This document shows, piece after piece, positions 1 to 13,595 of a stretch of 64,000 nucleotides of DNA. Position numbers and translations under genes: made by a program. Position 1 is the first letter of the stretch; each line of letters begins with the position of its first letter. This DNA comes from Gracilinanus agilis (taxonomy: Eukaryota). Location of the stretch: assembly GCF_016433145.1 (NCBI RefSeq), contig NC_058130.1, positions 255,413,771-255,477,770 of the forward strand, in the 5' to 3' direction. Under the pieces are notes generated by a model. It was not told the DNA's origin. It was given only the letters and a program-made list of their open reading frames with translations, and did not search any database.

Positions 1-110
1 CCCCTCCCCCCCCTTTCTCCCGCCCCCCCCAACCGGACACAGCCCCCGCCCTGCTGCTACCCCTCAGCCAGCCAGCCCGGCACCCCAGCCATGGAGGACC
101 TGGGTGAGTG
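1..110 (+). promoter_or_regulatory. TGFB1I1: GC-rich 5' UTR / first exon of TGFB1I1
   Basis: C-rich, CpG-containing sequence with GC-box-like cccgcccccc. Good Kozak context (cagccATGG) at 91 and GTGAGT donor at 104. Confidence 0.6.
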
Positions 111-3100
111 GGGCTAGAAGCCCCGGGACCACAAGCCCTTCCCTTCCATCCCCCGATGCCTCCATCTGCCTCTCTCAACCACATCCCATCGTCTCCTCTC
201 CTCTGCTTCCCTACACCGCACCCCTTTCTCTCGTCTCTCTATCCATCCTTGCCTTTTCTTCTCCATTAAGGGCTCTCTTCCTCTCATCTCTCCATTTATG
301 CCTCAGTTCTGTCTGAGCCACTCCCCGCCTCTCCTTGCCTCTCTCCCCTTTCCTCTTGCTTCTCTTTCTCCTCCCTCCACCCCCCTTCCTCTTGCTTAGC
401 TCCACGTCTCCCTTCCTGCCTCTCCCTTCCTGCTTTTTTCTCCTGTCCTTTCCCCCTTCTCTCCCGAGGTACTGGGGTCCACTGATGGAAAAACCTAGAG
501 GGACCGGGAAGTGGGGTGGAGGGACCAGATACCTGGGTTCTGAGAGGGGAGCGGAAAGGAAGCGTTAGGTTGGTGGCAGGGAGGATTTCTGGGTGTGGGT
601 CTGTAGGAGAAAGCTCCGAGCTGCAGGGCAAATGCCTGTATCGTAGGAGAAAGGCGGGAGTCCTGGAGGGGGAGAGGAAAGATTGGGAAGGGGAGTCAGG
701 CCACCTGGGGGTACACTTCTCTCCAGGTGACTATCTCTCCCCTACCAGGTGACTCCGCCTCCCCCTTATCCCCTCTTGGATCACATATTGTGGCCTTTGG
801 TAGGTAACCCAATCCAGAGGTCCTAGTTGGGGGAAAACAGCCAATCAGAAGAGTGGGGGAGTCTTGCAGATTGCTAAATGAGGGCTGAAATGAAGGTTGG
901 GGGGCCCTCTTGAAGATGTTTGGGAGAAGAGGCTGGGGAATAGATCATCTAATTGGAAAATGAGGCCAGAAGTATAAATAGTTAAAAATGTGAGAAAGGC
1001 CAATTTGAGTTGGAGAAGAGAGGATGACAACAATCCAAAAGAGCCAATGAAGTATCCAAGAAAGCATATCATCTCCTAGTGTCAGGTTTAGGGCCAGATA
1101 GGACTTTGTTGTTCATTCTAGTTTGAGTGCAACTCTTCATGACCCCATTTGAAGTTTTCTTGGCAAAGATACCAGAGTGGTTTACCATTCCTTCTCCAGT
1201 TCAGATGAGGAAACTGAGGCAAAGAGGACTAAGCGAAATTGCCCAAGGTCATATAACTAGTAAGGGTCCAATTTGGTCAAATTTGAACTCAGATCTTTCT
1301 GATTTCAGGCTCAGTACTCTATCCACCGCACCACCTAGTTGCTCCAGAAGGGACTTTAGAGGCTCTTTTATTTTAACAGATGAGGAAACTGAGAACCAGA
1401 AGAGGTTAAGTGAATTTCTGAGGTGGAATTTGAACCTAACTCTTCTGAATTCCCAGTCTAGTAACCTACCCACCACATAAAGTTGCCTTTCTTCTTTCTA
1501 CTTGTTTCTTTTTGGATAATTAGACCCTAGAGTTGGAAGGCATCTCTGTCTGAGACTGTTTAGTTCAACCCCTCCATTTTACAGATAAGGAAACTGAGGT
1601 TTAGGCATATAAAATGACTTGTCAAAGGTCACATAGCCAGTAAGTGGCAGAGGTGGGATTAAACCCAAATCTGACTTCAGAGCCCATGTTCTTTCTTCTG
1701 TACTATGAGGCTTAGGGCAAGTCAGTTAGGTGGACTTGAGTTTCTTCAACTGTAGGAGGCTATGATGGTGTGGTGGTGTTCTGGGGAAAGAAATTACAGT
1801 CAAAGGACCCGACCTGGAATCTCATCTCTTGCTACCTGTTTGACTGTTAGCAAAACCTCCAGCCCTCTCAGTTTCTTTCCTTTTTTTTTTTTTTAAACTC
1901 TTACTTTCTGTCCTAGTAACAACTCTAAGACAGAAGGGCAAGGGCTAGACAAACAGTTAAGTGCCTTGCCCAGGGTCACACAACTAGGAGGTGTCTGAGG
2001 TCAGATTTGACCCAGATCCTCCTAACTCCAAGTCTGGTGCTCTATCCATTGTGTTACCCTACCTGGCCCCAGCCCTCTCTGTTTTTTCCATCTGTTAGAT
2101 GGCAGTAATTTCATCACAGGCTTGTTATGAAGTCTAGATAACTGGAAAATCTTTTGTAAATCTTAAGATGCATATATATGAATGTCAGATATCTTAACTT
2201 TTTCTGGGCCTTAGTTTTCTTTCTTTTTTTTTTTTTTTTTTTTTTTTTTTCTTTAACCCTTGTACTTCGGTGTATTGTCTCATAGGTGGAAGAGTGGTAA
2301 GGGTGGGCAATGGGGGTCAAGTGACTTGCCCAGGGTCACACAGCTGGGAAGTGGCTGAGGCCGGGTTTGAACCTAGGACCTCCTGTCTCTAGGCCTGACT
2401 CTCACTCCACTGAGCTACCCAGCTGCCCCCTCTGGGCCTTAGTTTTCTATTTTGTAAAATGAGCAAGTTGGAGTGAGTAACAAAAAGATTAAACATGATG
2501 ATCTATAATGTTCCTTACAATTTATAATCCTATGACCTCATAGAAGCTGTCTTAAGGATAAGATGACACAACTGCTATACAAATAGAAGGGCTTTCATGA
2601 CCAGAAGTTGAACACCCAACCTGGCATGGCTCCCAGGATTGGCCAAGGATAAAACAGTTTGGCCATATTGTGTTGCTTCCAGCTCCACTCTTGTGTGGTT
2701 TCCTGAAGCCTTTGTCCCTGTGGTTGTCTAACTTTTGGTTTCTGACCCTAACTCTTACTTCAAATCCCTTTCAAACATTTACCTCCTCGAATCTGGACCA
2801 ACCCAGCCCCTTAACCTCCAACTTACCCCCCCACACACACACACCACTCATTCAGAGTCCTCTCACAGATGCTCTTTTGTCTGACCTGGAGTCTACAACA
2901 TCCCACATTCCCCGGGCTGGGGCTCTTAGGGACCAGCCCCAAGAAGCCACCACGGCTCCTCCTCCCTATACCCAGCAACAACAGGTAAGAAAAGCAGCAC
3001 TAAGAGGGTGGGCTTCTTGGATTGGGGAGGGAAGATCCTCTCTGGACTCAGTTGCATTGCTTCTCTCTGCAGAAGGTGGCCAGGGAAACTTCTGGGGCCT

Positions 3101-6100
3101 CAGGAGACAAAGACCATCTATACAGGTGAAGGGAGTGGGAATGTCCCATAGACAGTGGGATTTGCCCCTTTCCAAGTCTAAGGGGCTTGCTCCATACACA
3201 CCCCCACCCATGACATTGGTCTGTCTTTTCTATTGCTGAGTTCCCCCATCTCCACTCCCTTTTACCTCTGCTCCAGCACCGTGTGTAAGCCTCGGTCCCC
3301 AAAGCCTGCAGCACCCCCATTCTCGTCCAGTGGTGTCCTTGGTGCTGGGCTCTGTGAGCTGGACCGCCTACTACAAGAGCTCAATGCCACCCAATTCAAT
3401 ATCACAGGTAAGAGGTAATGAGGTAATGAGAATAAGGCAAGGGGGAAGAGACAAGTAATAGCTAGACTGACAACCCCTCCTTCCAACCAGATGAAATCAT
3501 GTCCCAGTTCCCATCCAGCAAGGCCACTGATGGGGAACGAAAGGAAGAGCAATCTGAGGAAAAGAAAAGGCCCACCACGTAAGGCTCTTGGAGATAAAAT
3601 GGGAAGGGCAACAGCCTGGTAGCTGGAACCCCAGTTCTGGGGTAAAAATTGAAAGCATGGAGACTGCAGATACAGATACCTGTATTCTTTGGGTTTAAGG
3701 GGCTGGTAAGAGGGAGGATTGAGATAGGGTTCCTGGATCTGAGACCTAAGGGAAAGCTGTTCACCTAAATATCTCCCTGCAGCCCCCCTAGCCCGACGCC
3801 TTCACTGCCAAAACCTTCAGCCACCTCAGCTACCTTGGAACTGGACAAGCTGATGGCGTCTCTTTCTGATTTCCGTGTCCAGAACCATGTGAGCAGAATG
3901 GAAGGGCTGAAGGTCCCCAGGGAGGGTACTGGCCCTGGTTAGCCCCAGCCACTGTGATCCCTGCACCCACCAAACCATCAGAGGTCAACTCAACCTTTTC
4001 CCTGTCCCAAGACCACCCCCTTCAGCTCAGTAAAGCAGACTGGGTCCAAATAGCAAATGCCTCAATTTTTATACCCTAATAGCTTCCTGCCTCTGGGTCT
4101 ACCCCAAAACCAGAACTGAGCTCAGTGAGTGATACCACACCACCAACCACCACCTCAGGGCCCACCACTGAGGGCAGTCTGGACACCATGCTGGGGCTGC
4201 TGCAGTCAGACCTCAGTCGACAGGGAGTCCCCACCCAGGCCAAGGGCCTTTGTGGTTCCTGCAATAAACCCATTGCTGGGCAGGTGAGTAGAAAAGGAGA
4301 GGAGGGAAGAAAAGCAGATTCATAGATAGGAGATACACCAGCAACAACTAGGTTATGGATTCCTATTGGAGAGTTACAAAAGTGTTCCATTTCCTAATTG
4401 TAGACCCGTTGCACGACTTCAGCTATGGCCTCGCCACTGCTTAACGGATCTTTTATGTGTTGTTATCACTCACTCTAGACCTTCTCTTCTTCTAAGAACA
4501 CACAGCCTTCAACACTCCCACCTCTCCACACTCTCAGCAGATGATCTCACCTCCTGTTTCACTGAGTTCAGGTCATCCTCACCTTAAAACCTTTAGAGGC
4601 AGGATGGTATGTTGGCCAGTGCTGTACTTAGGAGCCAGGAAGTTTTGGGTTCTAGTCTAACCTCAGACACTTCCTATCTGTGTAAGCCTGAGCAAATCAC
4701 TTAACCTATCTGAACCTGAGTTTTCTCATCTATAAAGTGGAGCACTTCCCTCTTGGAGTTGTATAGATAAAAATGAGATCATTTATATGTATGTGCATAT
4801 ACATACATGTATGTATATATGGTATATGTAAAAATAAAGCATTTTTCAAAGCATAATAAATAAATATACATATTTTATATGTATTTATTTTATTTATATT
4901 ATATATAAAATGTACATACTATAAAAATAAATTATAAATATATAAAATGAATAATAATGAATAAATACTATATAAATATTACTTTCTGCAATTAGAGGGC
5001 AGATTGGAACTATTCTTTTTTTTAACCCTTATCTTCTGTCTTAGAATCAATATTGTGTATTGGTTCCAAGGCAGAAGAGTGTTATAGGCTAGGCAGAAGG
5101 AGTTAAGTGACTTGCCCAGGGTCACACAGATAGGAAGTGTCTGAGGTCAGATTTGAACCCAGGATCTCCAGTCTCTAGTCCTGGCTCTCAATCCACTGAG
5201 TCATCTAGCTGCCCCCAGGAGCTATTCTTCTAAGATTAACCTCTGTGGCAGCTAGGTGACATATATGTGTGTATGTCTGTGTGTGTGTGTATTTTTTAAG
5301 CATATGTGTATATACTATACATACAAGTTTTTGTTTTTTTTTTTTTTAACCCTTGTACTTCGGTGTATTGTCTCATAGGTGGAAGATTGGTAAGGGTGGG
5401 CAATGGGGGTCAAGTGACCTGCCCAGGGTCACACAGCTGGGAAGTGGCTGAGGCGGGGTTTGAACCTAGGACCTCCTGTCTCTAGGCCTGACTCTCACTC
5501 CACTGAGCTACCCAGCTGCCCCTATACATACAAGTTTTAAGCATATGCAGATATGCTTAAAATTTCATTGAAATATTTGGGACACCCTATATATGCTCAT
5601 ATCTTCCCAATAATTTAGAAAAAATTCCCCTAACTCTGTCCCCTTAATCTGTCTTCCATCTCACTCACTACATTGCCAAAAAGTAAACAATCTACATTCT
5701 TTTCCTTCGCTTCCTCATCCCCCACTAAGCTTTCAGTTCCTTACATTTTGACTCCCGTTCCCAACATTCTACTGAAAACTTCTCTCAAAGGTCACAAGTG
5801 ACCACTTTTTTTTGCCAAATCTAATGGCCTTCATTCAGTTTCCCTCTTCTCTGACATCTCTATGGGATTGTGGGATTGTGATCTGCAGGACCCTTAGAAA
5901 GACCAAGATCTCAGACCCATTGAAGTATTACTACTATAGGCAAAGAACATTGGAGAAGGAGCAGCCAGGTGGATCAATGGTTTGAGAGCCAGGCCTGGGG
6001 TAGGGGGGTGGGTTGTGGGGGGATGGGGGTGTCTGGGGTTCAATTCTGGTCTTAGACATTTCGTAGCTGTGTGGCTCTGGGGATGTCACTTAACCCCCAT

Positions 6101-8159
6101 CACTTCACTCTTACCACTCTTTTGTCTTGGAACCAATACATAATATTGATTCTAAGACAAGGTGAGGGTTTAAAAAAACAACAACAAAAAACCACTGGGG
6201 GAAATTCCATGTTTAGATAAGACATGCTTTTTGCCCTCATAGAGCTTATAGACTAGTAAGGGGGACATGACACATAACTTTAATCTAAAACTATATCTAA
6301 ATTTATGAGATTTTTTTCAAAGTACAAGGAAAAGGGTATTATCCTAGGGGAGTGGAAAGGAAATAAAGGAGTGCATGACCAAATCTTTGGGCAGAAAAGA
6401 ATCTTTGGGCATGGTGAAGAATGGATTGAGGTGGGAGAGAAAGGGTTGGTTATTGTGAAGTCCAGAAGGACCAAGGCAACAGTAAATGATTGGTGGCAGG
6501 GCCTCTACCAGAGTAGGAGTAGGAATATGCAGGAGGGGTCTGCTACCAGAAATGTGGAAAGGTGGTATTCAGAGGTATTGACGACTGACTGTATGTGAGA
6601 GCTGAAGTTGAGAGGGGAGAGTCAAAGATTACCCCTTAACCTGGAAACCATGGCAGACTCAGGGAATGGCACTGCCACACAAAACAGTGTGGAGTGAGGA
6701 GGAATGTATTTAGGGAGGAATGTATTTAGGGAGAAAGATTAACCTTGAAGTAACTGTTTCCTTGTCTATAAAATGAACTAGATCGATTACAGATACATTT
6801 TAGTGTAATCCTGGGTTGTTCTAGAAATTCAGTGGGGGCACGTTGAGTTCATAGGGACCCAAGAAGCCCCAGCTTGGCCCTAATGTGACCATTTGACCCA
6901 CGTTTTCCCTGCAGGTAGTGACAGCTCTTGGCCGGACTTGGCACCCAGAGCACTTTTTATGCGGAGGGTGCTCCGTGGCTCTGGGAGGCAGCAGCTTCTT
7001 TGAAAAGGACGGGGCCCCTTACTGCCCTGAATGCTACTTCGAGCGCTTCTCCCCGCGCTGTGGTCTCTGCAATCAGCCCATTCGCCACGTGAGCCCAGTT
7101 GCTTAGAAGCTCCCTTCCATATCCCTGGCCCTTGCTCCATCTCTCGGGTTCCCCGCCCCTGCCCTCCCCCCATCCTCACCTCCTCCCCGAAATCTTTTAA
7201 CTCTAGGGAGTCCTACACTTCTAACCACCTGGGTCCCCACCTGCCCTTCCTTTCTGATTGACATACGTAAAGCTTTTTGCAGACCTTAAAATGATACCGA
7301 ATGTACACTGTTGTTATTATTATTACTATTATTATTACTATTATTATTATTATTATTATTATTATAGAAGATGGTCACCGCCTTAGACACCCATTGGCAC
7401 CCTGAACATTTCTGCTGCGTCAGCTGCGGGGAACCCTTTGGGGAAGAGGGTGAGAAAAGGGGCTTTGGGGTACCCAGCACCTGTCTGTTTCCCTACGCCC
7501 CTAGGATCACCCCTCGGACATTTCTCCTCACCCTCCCTGTCCCCCCCCCCGTTATGATTTCACCCTTTAGACTCGTCCCCCCTGCCGTCTTTCCTCTGAT
7601 TCCATCACCCTTTGCCCGGATCCGCAGGGTTCCACGAGCGGGAGGGTCGCCCGTATTGCCGCCGGGATTTTCTGCAGCTGTTCGCCCCCCGCTGCCAAGG
7701 TTGCCAGGGTCCGATCCTGGAGAACTACATCTCGGCTCTGAGTGCGCTCTGGCACCCGGACTGCTTCGTCTGCAGGGTGAGGAGGGGTAGAGAAGGGCCG
7801 CGGCGAGCCGGGGAGGTAGTGAGGGACGAGCCGGGGCCCACCAGCTTGCCCTGACCCTGCTCTGGCGTGTTGGTTCGCGTCCCCACCTTTAGGAGTGCTT
7901 TACGCCCTTCTCGGGAGGCAGCTTCTTTGAGCACGAGGGGCGCCCGCTCTGCGAAAGCCACTTCCATGCCCGGCGCGGATCCCTCTGCGCCACCTGCGGC
8001 CTCCCGGTCACCGGCCGTTGCGTTTCGGCGCTGGGACGCCGCTTCCACCCGGACCACTTCACCTGCACCTTCTGTCTGCGCCCGCTCACCAAGGGCTCCT
8101 TCCAGGAGCGCGCGGACAAGCCCTACTGCCAGTCCTGCTTCTTCAAGCTCTTCGGTTGA
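91..8159 (+). CDS. TGFB1I1: Transforming growth factor beta-1-induced transcript 1 (Hic-5), paxillin-family LD-motif and 4-LIM adaptor, about 459 aa
   Basis: Coding exons with GT-AG ends and consistent phase: 91-103, 2869-2984, 3073-3125, 3277-3407, 3491-3578, 3783-3888, 4083-4283, 6915-7088, 7368-7449, 7628-7776, 7893-8159 (1380 nt, ends TGA). LD motifs present: [39 protein letters not shown]. Four LIM domains, ending [10 protein letters not shown]. Confidence 0.98.
1888..2070 (-). mobile_element. Older marsupial CORE-SINE copy (representative)
   Basis: Shared core gtgacttgcccagggtcacacagctaggaagtgtctgagg. Similar copies at about 5015-5218, 5968-6180, 20218-20398, 42400-42590, 45630-45975, 56578-56767 and 57735-57930. 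Confidence 0.75.
2221..2430 (-). mobile_element. Young CORE-type SINE (SINE1_Mdo-like) with 18-bp target-site duplication (TSD)
   Basis: tRNA-derived head gggggcagctgggtagctcagtgg on minus, long polyA. Perfect TSD tctgggccttagttttct at 2203-2220 and 2431-2448. Confidence 0.9.
5332..5521 (-). mobile_element. Young SINE1_Mdo-like element with 17-bp TSD
   Basis: Nearly identical to the 2221-2430 copy. TSD ctatacatacaagtttt at 5315-5331 and 5522-5538. Confidence 0.9.
6330..6700 (-). mobile_element. Ancient L2/MIR-type fragments (representative)
   Basis: Purine-rich antisense L2-like text. Further L2/MIR pieces at about 1100-1720, 14230-15130, 39510-39720, 40240-40660, 46000-46250 and 46900-47250. 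Confidence 0.5.
7312..7365 (+). repeat. (TAT)n microsatellite abutting the TGFB1I1 exon 9 acceptor
   Basis: About 18 imperfect TAT units ending ...tattatAG at 7367. Confidence 0.95.
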
Positions 8160-8300
8160 GCCCCCACCCACTCTCCCACGAGGAGGTCCCACCGCAAGGA
8201 TAGAACCCTACCAAGAAAGGCCTTCTTACCCATTCCGAGGAGAGGCTGCACACCGAAGGAAGGCCCGCCCTCCCCCCTCAAAAGCTGGTTCCAGATTAGA
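7370..8300 (+). other. Intragenic CpG-rich island over TGFB1I1 exons 9-11
   Basis: High CpG density in exons and in the short introns, against a CpG-depleted background. Confidence 0.65.
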
Positions 8301-9217
8301 CTACGTTCCCAGTGAAGCCTGGCTGGGGAACTAGATCCCTGTCCAAAGTGAGGTCCTTTCCCTCCCCTAGGCTGGCTCAAAAATAGAGCACATTCCCAGA
8401 GCACTTTGCCTTTTAATTAGAACCCAAGACCAGCAGACTCCCATCCCTTAAGACTCCAGTCCAAAGGGAGGTCGGGTTTAAGAATGGACCAAGGCTCCAG
8501 GTGCCCATTAAATAGAACCCAGGCCCAGGAGGTCCACACCTATCACATAAGGACCACCTCGAGGGAGGTGTTCTCCCTCCTACAGGAAACAAGGCTTCCT
8601 GGGAAGTGGCCCTTCTCAGAAGCGGCCCAACTCTTCCCTGAAGCTCCATCCCTCGGGAGAATGTGAATGGAGAGACAAAGGAGTGTGTAGTGAATCCCCT
8701 TCTGGGGAAGGGAGTGGGAGGGGGAGGGAAAAGGGGGAAGTGAAGTCAGCCTTACACTGGTTGACTCAAGCCACTCCACAGGAATAGACTTTCAGGGTAT
8801 ACTTAACTTGGTTGAGGGCTCTTGTCTAGGGTTCCCCAGTTGTGGGTAATAGGATCCCTCTCTAGGTTTTAAAGCACTTGCATCTTACTAAGAAAGGAAA
8901 GCGCTTAAGGGAATGGGACCAGGTCCTAGAAAACTGAGGATCCAAATTCTGCCTCAGAGTACTTTCTGAGCATCCTGAGTGTCCCTCACTGCTGTCCTCA
9001 CCTATCTCTATATAAATACACATCTCACCAACTGGCTTCCTGTGTTTATGATTTAGCTAGGGAAGTCTCGTGCCCGACCACCCAGCCTTTGCCAATTCTT
9101 ATTCTTTTCCTTCTGAAGCACTTAATCTGAACCCAGAAACATAAGCTATGGAATCTCCTTCCCTCCCCCCCCCCCCCAATCAGACAATTTGAGCTAGAAA
9201 ATTCATTAGACTATCCT

Positions 9218-9404
9218 GGGGGGCAGCTGGGTAGTTCAGTGGATTGAGAGTCAGGCCTAGAGTAGGTCTTAGGTTCAAAGCTTGCCTCAGACACTTCCCA
9301 GCTGTGTGACCCTGGGCAAGTCACTCAACCCCCATTGCCCACCCTTACCACTCTTCCACCTAGGAGCCATTACACAGAAGTTAAGGGTTTAAAAAAAAAA
9401 AAAA
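9218..9404 (+). mobile_element. SINE1_Mdo-like element
   Basis: Head gggggcagctgggtagttcagtgg, polyA tail, TSD agactatcc at 9208-9216 and 9404-9412. Confidence 0.88.
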
Positions 9405-11405
9405 GACTATCCAGTCTCTTTTTAAAGGGGAAAAAAGCACATGCAGAAAAGGGGTAGGATTATTTACCCTAAGCCACACTGAGTTGGTGTCAGAGCTGGA
9501 AATAGAACCCAGTTCTCTATCTCCTGGCTTTCTGCCTATCCATTCATTAATTCAATACATTTCTGAGCACTCTCTATATACTAGTAGGCTATAGCTTCTT
9601 AGCCATTGTCCAATTAGGTCTTTTGTGGTGGAAGAGGGAAAGAGAAGGATTGGTTACTGAAGAATGCACAAACTAATTATAAATGTAGAGGGCTGTGGGT
9701 ATGTGATGCAGGCTGTTAGTATACCTCAGGTGGTCTTAGGAAGAAATAAAACAACCTCCCCTGCCCCTCAATCAGGCTTGTTTCCTTACTAATTCTCACT
9801 CATCAGGTTCAAAGGCAGTCTAGTGGGTATGTTCTGAATTATTTTATTACCAGAATTGCAGAAATTCTATCTTTAAATGGTTTATACCCTGCCCCCACCC
9901 CAGAATTAGACCATAGAAATCTCTTCTCCCATGAGTTAGCTTTCCTTCTTTCAAACCACAAATTTATAGGCTCAGAAAAAAAATCACTATTAATGGGCCT
10001 GTAATTTATTACCAGTATCAAATAATAAACACCCACACCTAAAACAAGGCTGCAGTAGAAATCAAAGCCAATCATTTCTGTGCTCTGGGGAAAAAAAAGG
10101 AGAAAAAAGAAGTATCAAGTAGAATTGCTGGCTTGACATAATTTCAATGCCAGTTCATTCCTCTGCTACATATCTGTCTTCTTTTTTTCTGGTTTGCTGG
10201 TCTGCACACTCATTTACTTGCATCTTGCTCTCATGCCTCCACTTCTTTGAAAAGTGTCCCCCCAATTTAGCAACAAATCAGTGCTCCTAGAACCCAAAAC
10301 AAACAGCTTACAACAGAATGCCTATTTAACCCAAGGATTTTCTATTCTTCTGGAGAAGTTCCCCGAAGTCTCTGTGATCCCATTGAAAGGTACAGCCTAA
10401 GTACCCAAGGTCTTTGATCCTAGATCTCTGTAACCCCTAAGTGCAATCCATAGCCTAGCTCCTCAAGAGATTCTGAGGGGTTCATATATACTGAGTTTAT
10501 ATCTCTGATATCTGATCCCCAAAATGTTCAGTTTCTCTCTGGTTCATTGCTTCCACCTAGAGATGATCTTCAAAAAAAGTTTTAAGTATAGCTCTGTGCA
10601 GGTTACCTTAGATGTGGGTGTCATCCCTAATACACACTCAGTGTACAATTAGTGTATGTTGACAGCCTTTATTTCACCTCATAGAAGATGTGTAAGTTGT
10701 GAAGATCTCTTAAGAGCTTATAAACAAATACAGCAACCACAAAGCACCCAAATAGCTCATTAGCTCTCCCTACAAGGGAACTGAACTTGGGGTCACTGTC
10801 AGGATAATCTTTCAATGTCTCTTTCCCACAGAATCCTATAGTTTCCTGTGCCATCCTGGTGGCTTAGATTCTCCCCTGTCTCACCTCATCCCCACCTCTG
10901 CCCATGGTGTGCAAGTAAACATTCTCAGGTATTTTCTGAACAGCTCTTGGCCTGGGTCTGAAGAGTCGACTTCATATGGCAGGTGTCATCTAAACTCCCA
11001 TTCCCAGAACATCTTTCTTTAGATCTAATCAGGTCTCACAAATCTGTATCTTCATCATTATCCTCCTTAAAGAATTAGAGATCTTCAACTCTTAAGTTGT
11101 CTCCCTTAAGATGTATTGACCAGAAAAGTACAAGGAATTCACTGGTGCAACATCTGCTTTGTCTTTAACTCTCCTTCCACTGATGGCTAGGATGGGGGTA
11201 GGAGTGCTTTTTTGACCAAGGCAGCATTTTTTTTTGCTATCTTGAGGCTGACAATAAGTCCAGAAATCTTAATGGACAGCTCTGAATCCAACATCTTTCA
11301 CTCTCCCCATGGACCAAGAAGCTCACTCAGAAGCTTAAAGGCTGGCAGCAAAGATTTTCATAGCTGGGGAAAAGACAGATTGAAGACCCTTGAGAAGTGT
11401 TAGAT

Positions 11406-11599
11406 CAGTGATTCCCAAAGTGGTCACCACCACCCCCTGGTGGGTGCTACAGCGATCCAGGAGAGCAGTGATGGCCACAGGTGCATTTATCTTTCCTATT
11501 AATTGCTATTAAAATTTTAAAAAATTTAATTTCCAGGGGCTCTAAGTAATATTTTTTCTGGAAAGGGGGCGGTAGGCCAAAAAAGTTTGGGAACCACTG
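11406..11599. mobile_element. Non-autonomous hAT (Charlie-type) DNA transposon / MITE
   Basis: Terminal inverted repeats CAGTGATTCCCAAA ... TTTGGGAACCACTG, about 194 bp. Closely similar to the copy at 45696. Confidence 0.85.
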
Positions 11600-13595
11600 T
11601 AACTGTTAGATAGTTTTAAGTATCACCTGATCTGGGACTAGGTAATTTTCTTTTGTATACACTTCTAGTTACCTTTTCCCAGTTATTGTGAGTATGTATA
11701 TTCTCTTTTCTCTAGTATATTCTCTTTTTCTCCAAATTCTAAAAAATGAACTCTCGTGGCTTGGAGTATATGGCAGACAAGAACAAAAAAAGAAAAAGGG
11801 GGAAAAAAAGGAAGAAATAGAAAGGAAATGGAGACAAATATAGCAGATCTCTAAGGGAACAAGGAATCCAAGAAGTTTAGTATCTAAGATTAAGATTAAA
11901 CCAATTAAGGTTTGGAAAGTATCAGAAGAAGAAAACACTAGAGTCAAAAGCAATTTAGGTACTTATGGCAGAGCCATAACTAAGACAAGGTTTTTTAGGG
12001 CTTTGAATTTAAACATAAACCCAAACTTGTGTGGAAATTTGTTATTACATGTAACTGATAAAAAAAATTTAAAAATACTAAAAAATTATAAAATTTAAAA
12101 ATCAAAGAATTGATTAATGACTCCAACTGACTCAATTCCAAGAAAACAAGCTTTATTTATTTTAAGAAAACTCTATTATAAGAGAATATAGTAACAGAGT
12201 AGCTAGTATAATAAGTAAGTATTTAAGAAAAGGCAAGGAAGTAAGAAGTAAGCAAAGGTAGAGATGGAGATAGAGCAAAGAGTGAAAGGAAAGGTAAGAC
12301 TAAAAGGGTAAAAAGATAAGAGAGGGGGTGTTGAGGTTCTCAGGAATGCTTTTTATCTTGCTTAATTACTAAGGAAGCGGTTGTTTATTTGGGCAGTTGT
12401 TGCCTTGTGTCTCTAGGGAACTTGACGTCGATTTACCCATGGTCCACTCTGCCCACTCAGAGCAAACCACAGTGTAAATGGGATGCTAATGATACATTAA
12501 ATACCCCAGGGAACTTTAGGTCAAATTTCGCTCTTTTCTACACCCACTCTAAGGAAAGCAGTGAGGATAAAAATTGAGCATTATTTGAACCTAGTCCTAT
12601 GTGACTAGAAAATTGAAGTACCTGTACTTGCTGTCCAGAAACCCTCATCCAAGGGTCTAGGTTATGTCTGAAAACTGATGTGAATCTTTTTTTAAAATTT
12701 TATTTAATTAATTGATTTAGAATATTTTCCCATGGTTACATAATTCATGTTCTTTCCCTCCCCCTCTCCCCCACCATAGCCAATGAATAATTCCACTGGG
12801 TTTTACATGTCATTGATCAAAACCTACTTCTATATTATTAATATTTGCATAGGGTGATCACTTAGTCTACATTCCCAATCCTATCCCCATCAACCCATGT
12901 GATCAAGCAGTTGTTTTTCTTCTGTGTTTCTACTCCCACAGTTCTTTCTCTGGATCGTAATTGTGAATCTAAGCATCCATATGTCTTATCTGAAGGGTAG
13001 CCCCTTTCTATCAACTAGTTATTGTTTCTGTGTTCTTTTGATTGTGTACAGCTACTTGGCAGGGTTTGTGGGACATTTCAGCCCATATCAGCATTGCTAC
13101 ACTATCACAACCATGCCCTTCTCTATTAGTAACACTGACATCAACTTCCAGGCCTTATCACCACCTGCATGGAATGTTTCAGTAACTTCCTTTTAATGGA
13201 TACCTTTTACTTTATAATTTACATTTGTTTCTGAGCATATCATTTTCCTCTCCTACCCAGAGAGTTATTCTTTGTAACAAAGATTTTTTTCCCCTCTAGT
13301 AGTATTTATTGTATTTCCCCCCCCAAGTTACAAGTAGAAACAATTGTTAACATTTGTTTTCTGACACTTTGCCATCCAAATTCTCTACCCCTTCCTCTCC
13401 CTCCTTTCTCATATCGGTTAATATAGGTTTTACCTGTGCCTATGTTATATACAGGTTATACATGTGTAATGTTGGGAAAGAAGATATGTATGACATGTAA
13501 AAGAAAAATTTCACAAGGAAAATAAAGTGAAAAATGGTATGCTTCGATCTACTTTCAGACTCCATTGGTTCTTTATCTGGTGATCAATAGCATTT

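Noticed and set aside
104-760. Overlapping ORFs in TGFB1I1 intron 1
   Set aside because: These arise from low-complexity purine/pyrimidine-rich sequence and have no protein similarity.
7725-8334. 155-aa ORFs on both strands over the last TGFB1I1 exon
   Set aside because: They are alternative-frame and antisense shadows of a GC-rich coding exon.
9011-9016. TATAAA as the TGFB1I1 polyA signal
   Set aside because: It is only a variant hexamer with no transcript evidence, so it is not called as a feature.
12020-12600. Second LTR-like block between TGFB1I1 and SLC5A2
   Set aside because: The composition is suggestive, but no clear TG...CA boundaries or TSD were found.
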